From NCBI GenBank assembly GCA_015680685.1, contig MNCI01001630.1, forward strand, positions 1,004,975-1,068,974: a DNA stretch of 64,000 bases. The letters are read 5' to 3'. The DNA is from Gnetum montanum (taxonomy: Eukaryota; Plantae; Gnetophyta). Positions within the stretch are counted from its first letter, which is position 1. Every line of letters begins with the position of its first letter. The position numbers and the translations under genes were made by a program. The notes under the pieces are model-generated. The model was not told the DNA's origin and searched no databases. It saw only the letters and a program-made list of their open reading frames with translations. Shown here in pieces: positions 12,898-25,200 of this stretch.

Positions 12898-14930
12898 AAA
12901 ATACAATAGTATAAAATCTAAAGTAACTATTTTTTATTAATCAAATTTCTGATTTCAATGCTAAAATGATAACTACAGGCAATTTCACAGTTAATCTGGT
13001 TACATTTCACTCTATGACACCAAAATGAACAAATTCATAGATGATGTGTTGATTCATGTTGCAAACCTCAAACTTTGCTAGGGAATTTGGCTTTTAAATT
13101 GTGTAGGTGCTCAGCACATGGAGATGGATGCTTGGAATTTCAAGCCTTCTTGCATTTCTATAGCTTGTGTTGGTGTTTTTCCTTCCTGAATCTCCTCGAT
13201 GGATGTTTCGTAAGATAACCATGATAAAAAAGAGACCAGAAGCAACTTCCTCATGTCATGACAATTGTTGCAAGTGAGAGTTACTTATTTGTGTGATGCG
13301 ATGCTTGTTTATCCTTATCATCATATCTATTCTTTGGGAAAGAAAAGGAAGAAGAATCCTTTGCTATAATGTAGAAGTTGCAGCCCCCTAAAGACCTAGA
13401 CAATGAAATAGAGGAACATAGGAATTCTATCCAACAAGAAATAGATATGAATAGGCCTGAAAAGAAAATCTGTTATAGCTAGCTATGGATGGTTAAAGAA
13501 GTTCGATATGCACTGATTGTAGGTTGTGGAATTCAAGTAAGCACCAATACCATTCATTCTAGGCCAAAAACCCTAACTAGGCAATTGTTGTTGTTGTTGT
13601 TTTTAGTTCTTGAGATTATGATGATTTTGTGTAGATCTTCATGTGTGTGTAGATTTGTAAAAAAATGATTGGAATAAATACAATAATGTATTACAGTACG
13701 ATTGTACAAAAATCAGGATTTGTATCTAATAGGTTGGCATTGCTGCTATCTCTAATAACATCTAGGTTGGACATTGTTGGAACCATTCTAAGCATGTACC
13801 TCATAGATAGAACAGGTAGGAGAAAGCTTCTTGTTGCAAGTTTGATGGGAGTTATATTTTCTTTGGCCGTGTTAATAGTTGCTTTTTGTATTACTAGCAA
13901 CAGAGCACCATTTGTAAGCTCTACATAGACAAACAACTTTAAAGGCTTACAATGCCTAGCTTATAATTCTTCTTCCAAACAAGAGGCATCATTATCAACC
14001 TGGACATGTGTAACATGCTTGAAGGAAAATCTTATTTGTGGGTTTTGTGCAATTGCACAAAATCAGGTAAGGAGTTATTGTTGTAAGAAACAAATTTTTT
14101 TATTTTCGAATTTGATTTTTTCCCCAATTGATGCTTGGTCGATTTGATCCACAAAAATTTTTGATTTTTGTTTTTTAAAATTAATTTTTTTCCACTTGAT
14201 ACTTGATCAATTTGCATAGTCTTTCTTTAATATTTGTCCAATAACATGTGGGTAGGCTTTCTCTGAGAATAAAAATTTAGTTTCAATTTCATAGAATGAT
14301 GATGGAAGGCCAAAACGAGATAACTAACAAGTATGTGTAATGTTTGTTGTAAAGCTGATGCCAGGTGCATGCTTGCTGAAAAACAAGATGGTTGAGGAAG
14401 TATGAAAAAGCTCATCAAATACATGGTTTACACAAGGCTACCCAAGTAAATATGGGGCACTGGCTATTGTAGGCTTGGCTGTGTACAACATATTCTATGC
14501 TCCTAGAATTGGAACTCTACCATGGATCATCAATTCTACGATATATCTGTTGAGATTTAGAGGCTTCTATGGAGGCCTGGCTAGCACATGCAATTGGATT
14601 TCCAATTTGATAGTTTCTCAGATATTTCTTACCATTGTCAAATCCATTGGAACCTCCAACACATTCATGGTTTTTGACATCGTTACAGTTATTTCCCTCT
14701 TGTTTGTAAGTATTGTCATTCCTAAAACTAGGGGTCTATCCTTGGAGGAGATTGAAGGCATGTTGCAGGACTGAGTCAGAAGGTTTAGTTTCAAATTTTG
14801 GAAAACTCATGACAAAACCTCTAATACCGATGCCTTTTGTAGATAAAGTTGTTGCCTCCAACGAAAACTAAACTTAAAATTGAGGTGTTTAGGAAGCCCC
14901 CTAATCATCATCATGGTCATCTTAGGCTTG
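12898..14930 (+). pseudogene. 5'-truncated, unprocessed duplicate of the INT gene (part of intron 3, exons 4-7, start of 3' UTR)
   Basis: Collinear with ~6526-8590 including introns. Nonsense changes (e.g. TAG at 13161, 13372, 13926; TGA at 14772). Exons 1-3 are absent. Confidence 0.93.
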
Positions 14931-15719
14931 ATAAAAAGAAGAGGTTGGATAAAAATTAGATGGTTAGCATCAAGTTTGCAATGCCTAAAAAAACTATGTC
15001 AAATCTCATAGATAAGTTCTCTCTAAAGCCACTTAAATATTAATATCAATAATGTGTACTCACATATATATAACCAAGAAGATGATTTCTCGTGCATAGC
15101 TTACCATCAAAGAGTTCTAATATTACTTGTTAAGTTCTTTTACTTTCATCAACATTGAATTCTATTATGTTATACTTGAAACATAATTTTGGTAATCTTA
15201 CTTACTATGGGGTTATTATATTGAAACTGAAACTAAAATTGAAGCTTTATTACATTAGAAGACATAATATCTATTGGACAAATATTACATTTTCATGAAA
15301 AATTGACCAAATAGTGATGACAACAACAAAAACATGTCATAAGTTTTTTGCTACAATATTATAATGTTGTTTTAAATGGATAGTTGTAGTACTAAGAGAA
15401 GAAACATATGTAACTTACCCTCTAGGGAACTTGACTTGCACAACCTATGTGTGTGATCTTTTTGGAGGAGTTGAATCCATCTTCTACTTTCAATTCTAAG
15501 ATGATACAAACTTATGAAAAGCTTGCTATGGCACTTAGATACTTTATTGGAATAGTAGCTATAAGATAGTTGGCTTATGTAGCTAGTTTATTAGATCTAA
15601 TGTGATGTAAGAAATATTCCATTTTCTTAACCATTGCATTCCCTAAAAATACAAATGCAATCTCATGAATTCTCAAGAATTACTTTAGATAATTTGCCTC
15701 GTCTATAGATATTTAAGTT

Positions 15720-16230
15720 ATCATCATCATCATCATCCTAGGTTTATCCCAACAAAATGGGATTAACTACATTAGTTCTTTTTTGCCATTTACTTCTATG
15801 AAGATCTAAATCTTTGTTTATTTGAAATTTCTTTAGATTTTCTTCAATTGTTTTTTTCCATGTCTTTTTTGATCTTCCTTTTGAGAGCATTCATTAGATA
15901 GTCATGTAGCAACCTTTTTTTATAGGCTCATTATTTGATCTTCTATGTACATGTTCAAACCATCTAAGATTCTATTCCTCCAATTTATTTATAATAGAAT
16001 AACTCCAAGTCTTTATCGAATGTTTGTTCTGTGCAATTTATCTCTTCTAGTAACATTCAATATCTATCTAAGCATTCACATTTCTACCAAACTAACTTGT
16101 ACATGCCTCTTTTGTATTTCCCAACATTCAGCACCATATAAGATATCAGGTCTGATTGCTATCCTAGAAAATTATCCCTATAGTTTTACTGGGATTTTTT
16201 ATCACATAGAATATCAGTAGCTTATCTCCT
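15720..16230 (-). mobile_element. 5'-truncated RTE-clade LINE 3' end
   Basis: Minus strand reads RTAIRPDILYGAECW, NLRWFEHVHRR, GRSKKTW and SKWQKRTNVVNP, followed by a (GAT)n microsatellite tail at 15720-15736, typical of plant RTE elements. Confidence 0.85.
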
Positions 16231-16231
16231 T

Positions 16232-17459
16232 GGAGAGCAGGTAGCAGTTGAACTTCAAAGAATAGGCATCAGAGGTCAAAATTCAGCTCAAAATGTGTCA
16301 CTTCCAATTGGTCACAATGAGGTCACGTTGGGGTCACATTGACAGCGTGAGCTATCAAAATGGCCTGAATCCAAGCACAGAAAGGCTCAAATTAAACATA
16401 CAGGATGTCCTCAAGGTCAGGTAATAGTTGCACTTCAAAAACAAGTCTTAAAGGTAGAATTTTGGCACCAAACGCATCATTTTTGTTCATGCACGCTGAG
16501 GTCATGCTAGCGTGAGCCCAGCGTAAGCACTAGTCACGACCAAGCAAAACATGTTAGACACACACCGAGGACACGCTAGGATGAGATCAATGCATGCTGG
16601 TGACCTTGATGAAGCAAAAACATTTCCAGTAGTAGCCAGGTCATAGATCTAGAAACTCTAAGCTAGCTGAAGGCTAGATCTCTTGTTGTACATTATCAAT
16701 CATTGTAAATTTTTCACATTTTCTTTAAGCTTGTCAAGCTCTTACGCTACAAATTGTACATGAGCGTAAGCTAGCTTGCGCAAGCTAGAACCGATTGTAA
16801 GATATAGTGCATTCAGTCTAGAACGTAGTCTGCCCATGTACACCTGTCACACGATCCATTTTCTCGGATCTCACAGCCATTGACCTCATTCACAAATCCT
16901 ACTTCCGAGCCTAAAAAAATGTATAAATACCCTATTCATTGACATAAACGGGGTTGGCAAAAATTTGGAAAATAAAACCAGCAATCTTGAGCCCAGACGC
17001 ACATGATCCCCAGCGCCTACAAACACCACACATCGGAGCTTAACGTCTAACTTGCAATCCAGACTTGCAACTACGTTTTAACCAGTGCACATTTTGTTAA
17101 TTAATACAATACATTCTTACTTTTACCTTTCGTTGTGCTCTTCTGGTTCATTTTCTCTATTATCCCATTTTATTTCACGCTTCTGTATACATTCTTTGTA
17201 CGTTTACACGCTATATTTCACATTTACATTATGTTGCATTACGCTCTCTGTTTTACATTTCGCAACGATAACCCTAGCATAGGCCATAGCGTACGCTCGG
17301 GGAAGTCCTTGGTTGATCTGTGTGTAGACCATCCAAGGCACTCTACCTTCATGTTTTTCCAGCTTTCCCTTGCATGAAGGCAGGGTCATCTATATCTCTT
17401 CAAAGATCTTTCGACATTCGTTTTCCTCTAGCCTTATGCCGATGATTTCAGACAGTACA
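16232..17459 (+). repeat. 5' LTR of the Tat element (5'-truncated)
   Basis: Aligns with ~34472-35937; TATAAATA at ~16923. Confidence 0.9.
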
Positions 17460-17464
17460 GAAAT

Positions 17465-17481
17465 TGGCGCTAGAAGGAGGG
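17465..17481 (+). other. Primer-binding site, tRNA-Asn type
   Basis: TGGCGCTAGAAGGAGGG, complementary to the 3' end of plant tRNA-Asn(GUU) (...CCCUCCUUCUAGCGCCA), 5 nt after the LTR. Confidence 0.85.
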
Positions 17482-17645
17482 CCTGAACTTGTTTTTTCGT
17501 TTAAAAAAAATGTTGATTACATTGCCTATTAAACATCGCATAAATCAAGTACTGAAAACTAAAGCCCAACTTGAGCTACTCACGTTAACCCCTATCAATC
17601 ACGCTCACGCTGTCCACCCAATCACACTACAAGCTAGTTGCATTT

Positions 17646-17870
17646 GCACACGCTGCTAGGTCATGCTGGCTTGCACACGCTGCTAGGTCACGCTGGCTTG
17701 CACACGCTGAGGTTAATTACGCTCCTTGTCAGTCATACTACCTATCATGCTATAGTTGCACATGCTGCATAGTTGCACACACTGCACAGTTGTACACGCT
17801 GCCCAGCTTGCTCAAGCTAGCTTGCATATACCCATCTTGCTCGAGCTAGGCTTGCATACGTTGCTTACAT
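17646..17870 (+). repeat. Short tandem repeats in the Tat 5' UTR
   Basis: 27-bp unit GCACACGCTGCTAGGTCAYGCTGGCTT twice plus a partial copy, followed by ~16-bp GTTGCACAYRCTGCAYA units. Confidence 0.7.
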
Positions 17871-17899
17871 AAATTCAGCTAGTCAAGCTCGTTACACAC

Positions 17900-20800
17900 A
17901 TGGAATATTCTTGGATCAAAGAAACATTGCCCATTTCTAACCTTAATGCCAAAATCTCAAACCCTGTGACCACAACTGAACCCATAGTTACTGTTGGAGA
18001 GATGAACCCTCAAGGGCCAACTCGTTGGTCACTTATGTTACAAGGTAAGGACCTCACCTATACAATTCTCACATCGGAACAATACAACTTTATCTGCATA
18101 AAGATCCAAGCTAACCTACCCATTGATTGCATGGAAATGGAAGCAAAAAGACATTATGAACTCATCTATAAGGGAGGCCATAACTTTACCCCTTTAGCAT
18201 ATGATGTGATTCCCCTCTTTAAATCCCATCATGAACTCATATCCCAACTCCTCATGGAAAGGAATCAAACCTTGCGGCAACCCACCGTAGAGCCTTAAAA
18301 TGGAGATGAGGAAGATGATTTTGTGGCTCAATCCAAACATGGGAATTCGTACCACACTCTCAGTCCTCATACTTATGCAAACCCGTTATTCCATCCTTTC
18401 ATGGGAAAGACTATGTCTCTTCATGCATTTACAGGCACTCAAGCACCTATCTTTCAATAGGAAGTAGCTACCCTCATTCCTACTTTCCCTATGACCAACA
18501 CCCAATTCAATATGCCCATCCCTGATATTCCTTTGATTACCACTTCACCCTCCCTCTCACAAGGACAATCCCAACAACTCCTCTCTCAAGTTAATATAGG
18601 AGCAACCTTCTGACCCCAAGTAATTGGGATGCCATCCGTGATACCTACTTCTACATCTGTCCATTACATACCACGAGTGCAAATCCAAGGAATGCCCTTC
18701 ACTACTTTAACTCAACAGGTTTAGGATGTTTCCTCACAAATTGTAACTAGGCAGTGGCTAGCACCTATCATTCAACAACATCAACTGGCTCATTATAACA
18801 TACCACCTATTACAATCCCATCCATGAATGTCCCCCAAGTACAACCATCAACAACCCTACAATCCTCTTTCCCACAAACCACAAAACAATCTAACTATTA
18901 TCATGATTAATCTAACCAACTAGCCAGTCCACCTAGTGCCCAAGAATAGGTAGAGGCTAGAAAGATGATGCAAGCATTGACCGATGAGGTGAAGCGCCTC
19001 AAAATTGCAAACACTGAAGAGGTCAAGGCGATGGATTTTTATCAGAATGATCCAATTAGCTCTTCAGTGCCACCATTGACTCTACCAAAAGGAATTTCAT
19101 TGCCACAGTTGACTAAGTATAATGGAGAGGGAGATCCAAATGCTCACCTAGTGACATTCTGATTAGAGTATCTATTACTTCAGGCCTAGCCTCATGCAAT
19201 CTTGCGTGTATTTTCCATGTCCTTAACTGGAAGGACCTTAGACTGGTACCAAGCCCTACCGTGTAACTCCATATCCTCTCTAGAGGATTTGTTACATCAA
19301 TTCGTTACCAATTTTAAATATAACCTGAAGCCTAAGGCCAAGCTAGACATTCTAATCCAAATAAAACAAGCGCCACTAGAGCCCATGCAAAAATTCATCC
19401 AAAGATGGAGCACTGCTCTTAACGAACTTCACGAGCCTATCCTAGAAACGTATTTACTTACAATCCTCAAAGGTGCCATGAATGATTTCGTTAAGTCAAA
19501 ACTATATTATTTGAACGCTTGCACTTTGAGTCAGGCATTTTTCCAAATCAAAAACATAGAAGNCGCACTTTGAGTCAGGCATTTTTCCAAATCAAAAACA
19601 TAGAAGAGGTAGCATAGACAAGTCATGACCCAACTTACCTAACTTTCAAAAGCCAACATATGAAGAAAGATAAAGACACGTCTAAAACAATAGTCGTAGA
19701 AGTGGCAGAGACATTTCGACCCAATAATGCAGGGAAGAAAGGGAAACAACCCACTGCCCCCACTAGTCATGAAAGAACCGCTCCTGCACTTACACCTGAA
19801 TCCTCCTTTATCCAAACTACTAACACGAGTCATACTCGTACCTTCAAACGAAAAGACCCTACCCAGTACACACCCTTACCCATGAAGCCTTCACAACTAC
19901 TGGACCAACTTCTAAAGGCTGGGTTGATTCAACATAAGTAGATGTCTCCTGCAGCATCTCAAAAACACGACCGATACTATGAATTGGTTAAAAACCCAAT
20001 GTTGGTAATGTCTAATGAACCCCCTGTTCCAAGAGGTTTTAGGTTAGATAGATTCTGTGAGTATCACCAATGATGTGGACATGGAACCGACTATTTCTTT
20101 ACCCTAAAACAAGACATACAACGTATGATTGATAAGGGTGAGATAGTCTTTGATGAAGCCAACCTAGTGAGACCTCAAAATCAGTCTATGGGGGTCTACA
20201 AAGACCCTCTTAACACCAAAGAATCACCTTATGTGATTAACACCATCCACAATGAACAAGACATCCCATGAAGATGTTTTGTGATTTGTGTGCTTGCTGA
20301 AACTATATCTACACTAACACCTCCACAAGCTCCTTTTGCCACACATACACCTCCTATGCCACGAAAACCATTTATCATCTGAGTACACCCAGCAATTGCA
20401 ATAGCAAACATGCCATTGTAAACCTGACCTATTCGATTTGTAATCCAAGTGCCGAAACACTTCGATGTGCTTCCCCCAACAATTCCCCCATGACTATCGT
20501 GAGAACGCCTCACCAAAATATTGACCAGAGAACGTTTGGCAAAAGAATGTCATGGTCATGAGTTGGGACTGCCAAAACCCACACCATTGAGTGCTATCCC
20601 TATGGTTCTAGTTACTAATCAGCCTAGCACTAGTTGTGAAGACAAGAACTCGGGAGTGTCTAGTGTCCCAAATTCAACAGCTACAACTAATAACACAAAA
20701 ACTCTTCTGTGAGAGATAAAAATGTTAGGTCAAATGGATCAAGTCTCAACAGATAAAAACATGCCAAATAGCAAAGACTTGGCCAGTGCCCTGACCTAGG

Positions 20801-21696
20801 TTACATAGGCCTTAAAACAAAAGAACACCTCTCTAAGTATATATGACCTAGTAATGACCTCCTTGGTACATCAGGAAGCCCTAGTGTGTATGTTGACTTC
20901 AATCCCTGTTAGTGAAAATCTTCCTACGAATGAATCATCTATTTATGCCGTATTGTCTCCACATCAAGAATTGAGGTCCACATCTCTAGGATTTCATGTC
21001 AATGACATTAAACAAGATGAAAAAATGGGAGAGGTCATGACCGCGCCTATGTTTATAATGATACAAGTTAACCAATTTAAGATACATAGGATGCATGTTA
21101 ATGACAGGGCAGAAAAAAATGTAATACCTTTCTTGTTCATTGAACGACTAGGCCTCCCAGAACAAATACGACCAATGACAACATCTTTCTTGAAATCCTT
21201 TAGTGGTTCTTGTGTCGTGGTGAAAGGCATGATTACCTTGGATTTCATAGAATGGGACCGGTTCTCCACATCGGCCGAATTCATAGTCGTTGATGAGATT
21301 CCGAGGTTCAATATAATTTTGGGACGACCTTGGTTAGCTCAATTAAAAGCCGTATCATCACCAATCCATCAAGAAATTCACCTACCCTATGAGGGCGGTG
21401 AAATAGTCACACACAGGGATGCTGCAACATCACTTACTTCCTCTAACATAGGAACGAACCAGGGGTCATAAGTTGAACTCTCTGAACCTAAGCAAGACAC
21501 CACTAGTGAAACCCTAGGCATAAGTCAATCTCCAACCTGTGATCTTCCTAAAATAGAAGAAGCATCGGAGGATGCAAACATAGGGGCCATTCCCACGGAT
21601 GTCTCTTGGTCAGAACTACCCTTTGACGTATCCAATGAGGGGGATGGTGAGTACAAAATCATGCATACACATCCCATCCTTCACAAAAAATTGTGA
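17900..21696 (+). pseudogene. Tat gag-protease, interrupted by stops
   Basis: KYNGEGDPNAHL, FSMSLTGRTLDWY, IKQAPLEPMQKFIQRW (Retrotrans_gag); CEYHQ-CGH knuckle at ~20055; protease region IHRMHVNDRAEKNVI...FNIILGRPWL...SSPIHQEI. The frame continues to TGA at 21694-21696. Confidence 0.85.
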
Positions 21697-21726
21697 AAAC
21701 TAAAGAAACTAAGATGAACCATCATG

Positions 21727-21909
21727 CGTCTGGAATGACGTTAAACTACCAAATGTCCATAATGACGTTAAACTAGCCATGGTCAGAAATGGCCGATTCT
21801 TTTAAGATTCACTAAAACAACTATAGTCTCTTCCCTTTCTTTGACAAAGATGTAATTGTCCATCATGAATTTAAACTAATACACATGGCCCGAAATGGCT
21901 TTAAACTAG
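21727..21909 (+). ncRNA. Cluster of coremin/Box-1-like hairpin-TTAAACTA RNA motifs (candidate XRN-resistant elements)
   Basis: CGTC-TGGAAT-GACG-TTAAACTAC (21727-21749), TGTC-CATAAT-GACG-TTAAACTAG (21754-21776), TGTC-CATCAT-GAAT-TTAAACTAA (21857-21879), GGCC-CGAAAT-GGCT-TTAAACTAG (21887-21909). Function is inferred. Confidence 0.55.
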
Positions 21910-22216
21910 AGCACAGTACACCATTAGTTTACCGAAACTTCGCTACGTCATTATCGTTTACATTTTGCAAGTTACAGTTTTCATTTATTTTATTTTTACC
22001 AGACATGATTCTAGTTTACTTTCATGTTCACAAATAAACTTGAAAAAGTAAGACAAAATATATAAATATATGTAATACAGAATGTTAACATAGTAATACG
22101 ATGATGACATATTGCACCATGATCATGTTGCATCTGTCCTTACACATTCCAAAAACAACGAAACCAGCCAAAAAACACCAAAAAACTGAAAAAAATGACA
22201 AGACTAACAAGCCAAA

Positions 22217-25200
22217 TTATGCATTAGTATTAGGAGGGGGCTGGTCCGCAAACTCCTCTATGTCATCAGCACTCATCCCACTAGGGCCAGCCTCACCACC
22301 ATGTCCCTATAAAAGAAAAACAACAAAATAAGTAAACATAAACAAATAGATTAAAAGTACAAAATACTAAAAAAAAGGGGGGATGATCAAAAGCAATAAA
22401 AAAATGAAAGAATAAAACACTCACAGGTGGGGAGGACCTGAGATTAGTTTCTAGGCACCTTAGAATCTCTTCTTCGGACACGCATGCCCAGTCTTTCTCA
22501 AGTTTGAGGTTGATATTGGCTAAGGTTTTATCCTTGTCCACTGAAGACTAGGAAGGGTGTTCAAGAGAAAACGTACTTGTTGAAGCCTCCCTAGAGGTAG
22601 TGGTAATGGATCTCTTAGGGGACCCCTCCACTTCTATACACTCAAAAAACTTGTCATAGGAAGAGTGCAAGCTTAACCCCTCCACGAACATCTCCGACCG
22701 GCGACTCTCAACTGATTCCTCCTTCAACCATTTTTTGTATTGGTGCTTATGATCTTTCTAATCCTGGTCCCATTTACATACTTTGGATGCAAAGGACTTC
22801 CAATCATGGCACTTCCTATTCAACAAATCCATCTAGGCCCTTTGTTCGTCCAGTTCCCAAATCGCCTACACCTTGCTATTCAAACCTGTCCAATAATGTG
22901 CATAGGTGATCTCGGATGTATGCCAGGTACTATCACCAGCCAATCTAGTAGAGGCAAAATCATAATGGGCTTGCAAGTCATTCCTCTCCTCTATCACCTT
23001 CACCAAATTTTCTTTTAATGTTTGAACTTCAAGCCATAAGTGTTCAATTGAGCACCTGCAGGTCCATAGAGACTTGGCATTAGGAACAACACAACCTGAA
23101 ACTGCATCATAAATCCCTCTTGGGATTTGCTCAATATCTTTGGGTAATTTTGGGAGACCATCAATATGGATAGCCCCGGAAGGACTCCATTGAAGCTTTG
23201 CACCTACAAGTACAAAAAACACATATGAGCTAATAAGAGATCTCTAATAGATGCAAAAGCATAATGAATTTAGGCACTTGATATAAAGTACCCACCTAAT
23301 TCAGGATGCGCTTATTGTAGACACGCAAAAACATCATTGATGATGCCCTTAACAAACTCCACCTTATTGGGCATCTTAGACCACGGCCTCAATTGACCAG
23401 TGGATGTTGAATCTACATGGGAAGGCACCTCGACTGGGGCCTCTAACTCTGACACATCCACCTGAGATGCATCTGCCTCAAGTGCTTCAGCATCCATGTC
23501 TAATGTTAAGAAGAGTCATGAAAATTAAAAAAATGTATAAAGCTAAGAAGTACAAAATGTAGATCAAACTAACAAGACATATCGAGCGGCCCTTTGCTGG
23601 TCAGCTTAGGTGGATCACCAAGCTGTAAAGACCCATTAAAGAAACCATCAAAAACACATTTCTCCTCACTTGAATGCTTAAGGTCATCTAAAGCCTCAGC
23701 AAGTTTCACCCCCATGGTATCCATTTCATCCTCTTCTCGTAAGATGGGAATACCCACAACTACCTCTTCTCTCGTTTCCTCCTCTTCATCACGCCTGATA
23801 ACCGTTTCAGGCTCACCCATCAGAGCTAATTCTTCCCTTTACCTCTCAGGGGTATCCTCTGTTAGCACCAATAAATCTAAGGTTAGCATGACATAATAGG
23901 TATGTGTATTTAAGTAAGCAAATAAATTCAAAAAGTGGTAAAAAACACTTAAAGAAAAAAAAAAATCTTACCCACTCCTAGCAAGATGAATTGAATCTTC
24001 TTTGCCTTCAATAGTCTTGCCTCTGTAGCAGGTTCTCTCAAACGCTCAGCCCTTTTCACCTTAGCCTTGGCCTTCCCGAAAATCTCCTGAATCAAGCGCT
24101 CAGCTCTCCTAACAGTTGTGTGCAGTTTAGGTGGTTCCAACCCCAAGCTATCACGTGAATGGTGGGAACGACTGGCTGCATCCCCTGTTGTGATAGAGAC
24201 TGATTCCTTGATGCCTTCAGGTGGATCTTGGGATCTAGTGGTGTTAAATAGATGATAGATCTAGGGGTGAGAAAACTATGAACAATTCCTTAACACATAA
24301 TGGTTATCTCCATAGACAACTAAGAACTCAGCAAAGCTACGGAGATAGCCCATGAAAAAGGCAAAGGTAAAGTGGTATTTAGCATCAACCTTGGAACATA
24401 GCCTGATAACCTTTTCATGAAGACCTAATACAAGGAACTGTGCCAAATTGTAGTGCATACTAGTCTCCAAGACTGAGCGCATAACACATGCAGACTCAAT
24501 CCCAAGAATTCTTGCTTGAGAAAGAGAATTAGGGAATGCTCGTGCTCTAAAGAGCGGGTAAAGAAAATTTACCTCCATCAAGCGAGTATCAGCTTGCATG
24601 GTGAAGCCCTTAGGACCCCATGGTACACCTAGCCAGTCTTCAAGTTCCTTGATCACACGACCTTCTCTAGTTGCTCTATCCACTACCACCTTAGCACCAT
24701 CCGTTGGTACATCGAAGAGATTGGAAAAGAATTCGGCAGTCAGGTGGAAAGACACCTTAACTCCATGAACTCATGTAGTAAAATAGGAGACATCATTGTT
24801 AAAAGAGTCAACGATGGAAACCATTTCGGTCATGGGAACATTAGGAGTCAAGGTAGTAAATAGGTCCATCAAGCTTGCATTGGTAAGACAACTCATGATT
24901 TTTTCAGGTGCCTTCTTGTGTAGCCATCATTGTGACTCCTCTTTCTCTCCAAACTTCATAAAGAGAGTGGCCTCAGTGCGCCCGGATATGATGGTAACCT
25001 CATCAAGGGGAACAGCTGCTGTAGAAAAGACACAGGAGACATTGAACAAAAATTGAAAATATGATAAGTAATGATGTAACAAAAATGAAAACCAAGCCTA
25101 GAACACAACCATTTACCATTAGCAAATGGAGTAGGCACACTTGCTGCAAGATCAATTGTTTGAGGAAAAACAGGTCCATCAGGAGACCAATCCTCATGTA

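Noticed and set aside
15410-15645. Minus-strand segment with splice-like borders and HLRIESRRW...RLCKS text resembling a LINE C-terminus
   Set aside because: Too short and frameshifted to assign with confidence.
19520-19606. Exact ~42-bp direct duplication in Tat gag
   Set aside because: The copies are identical and separated by a single N at 19563, so probably a scaffold-join artefact.
21915-21950. Minus-strand CGAAGTTTCG-GTAAACTA downstream of the antisense gene, and AAGTC-N7-GACTT at ~51338-51354, as further coremin-like copies
   Set aside because: Single, poorly matching instances that could arise by chance.
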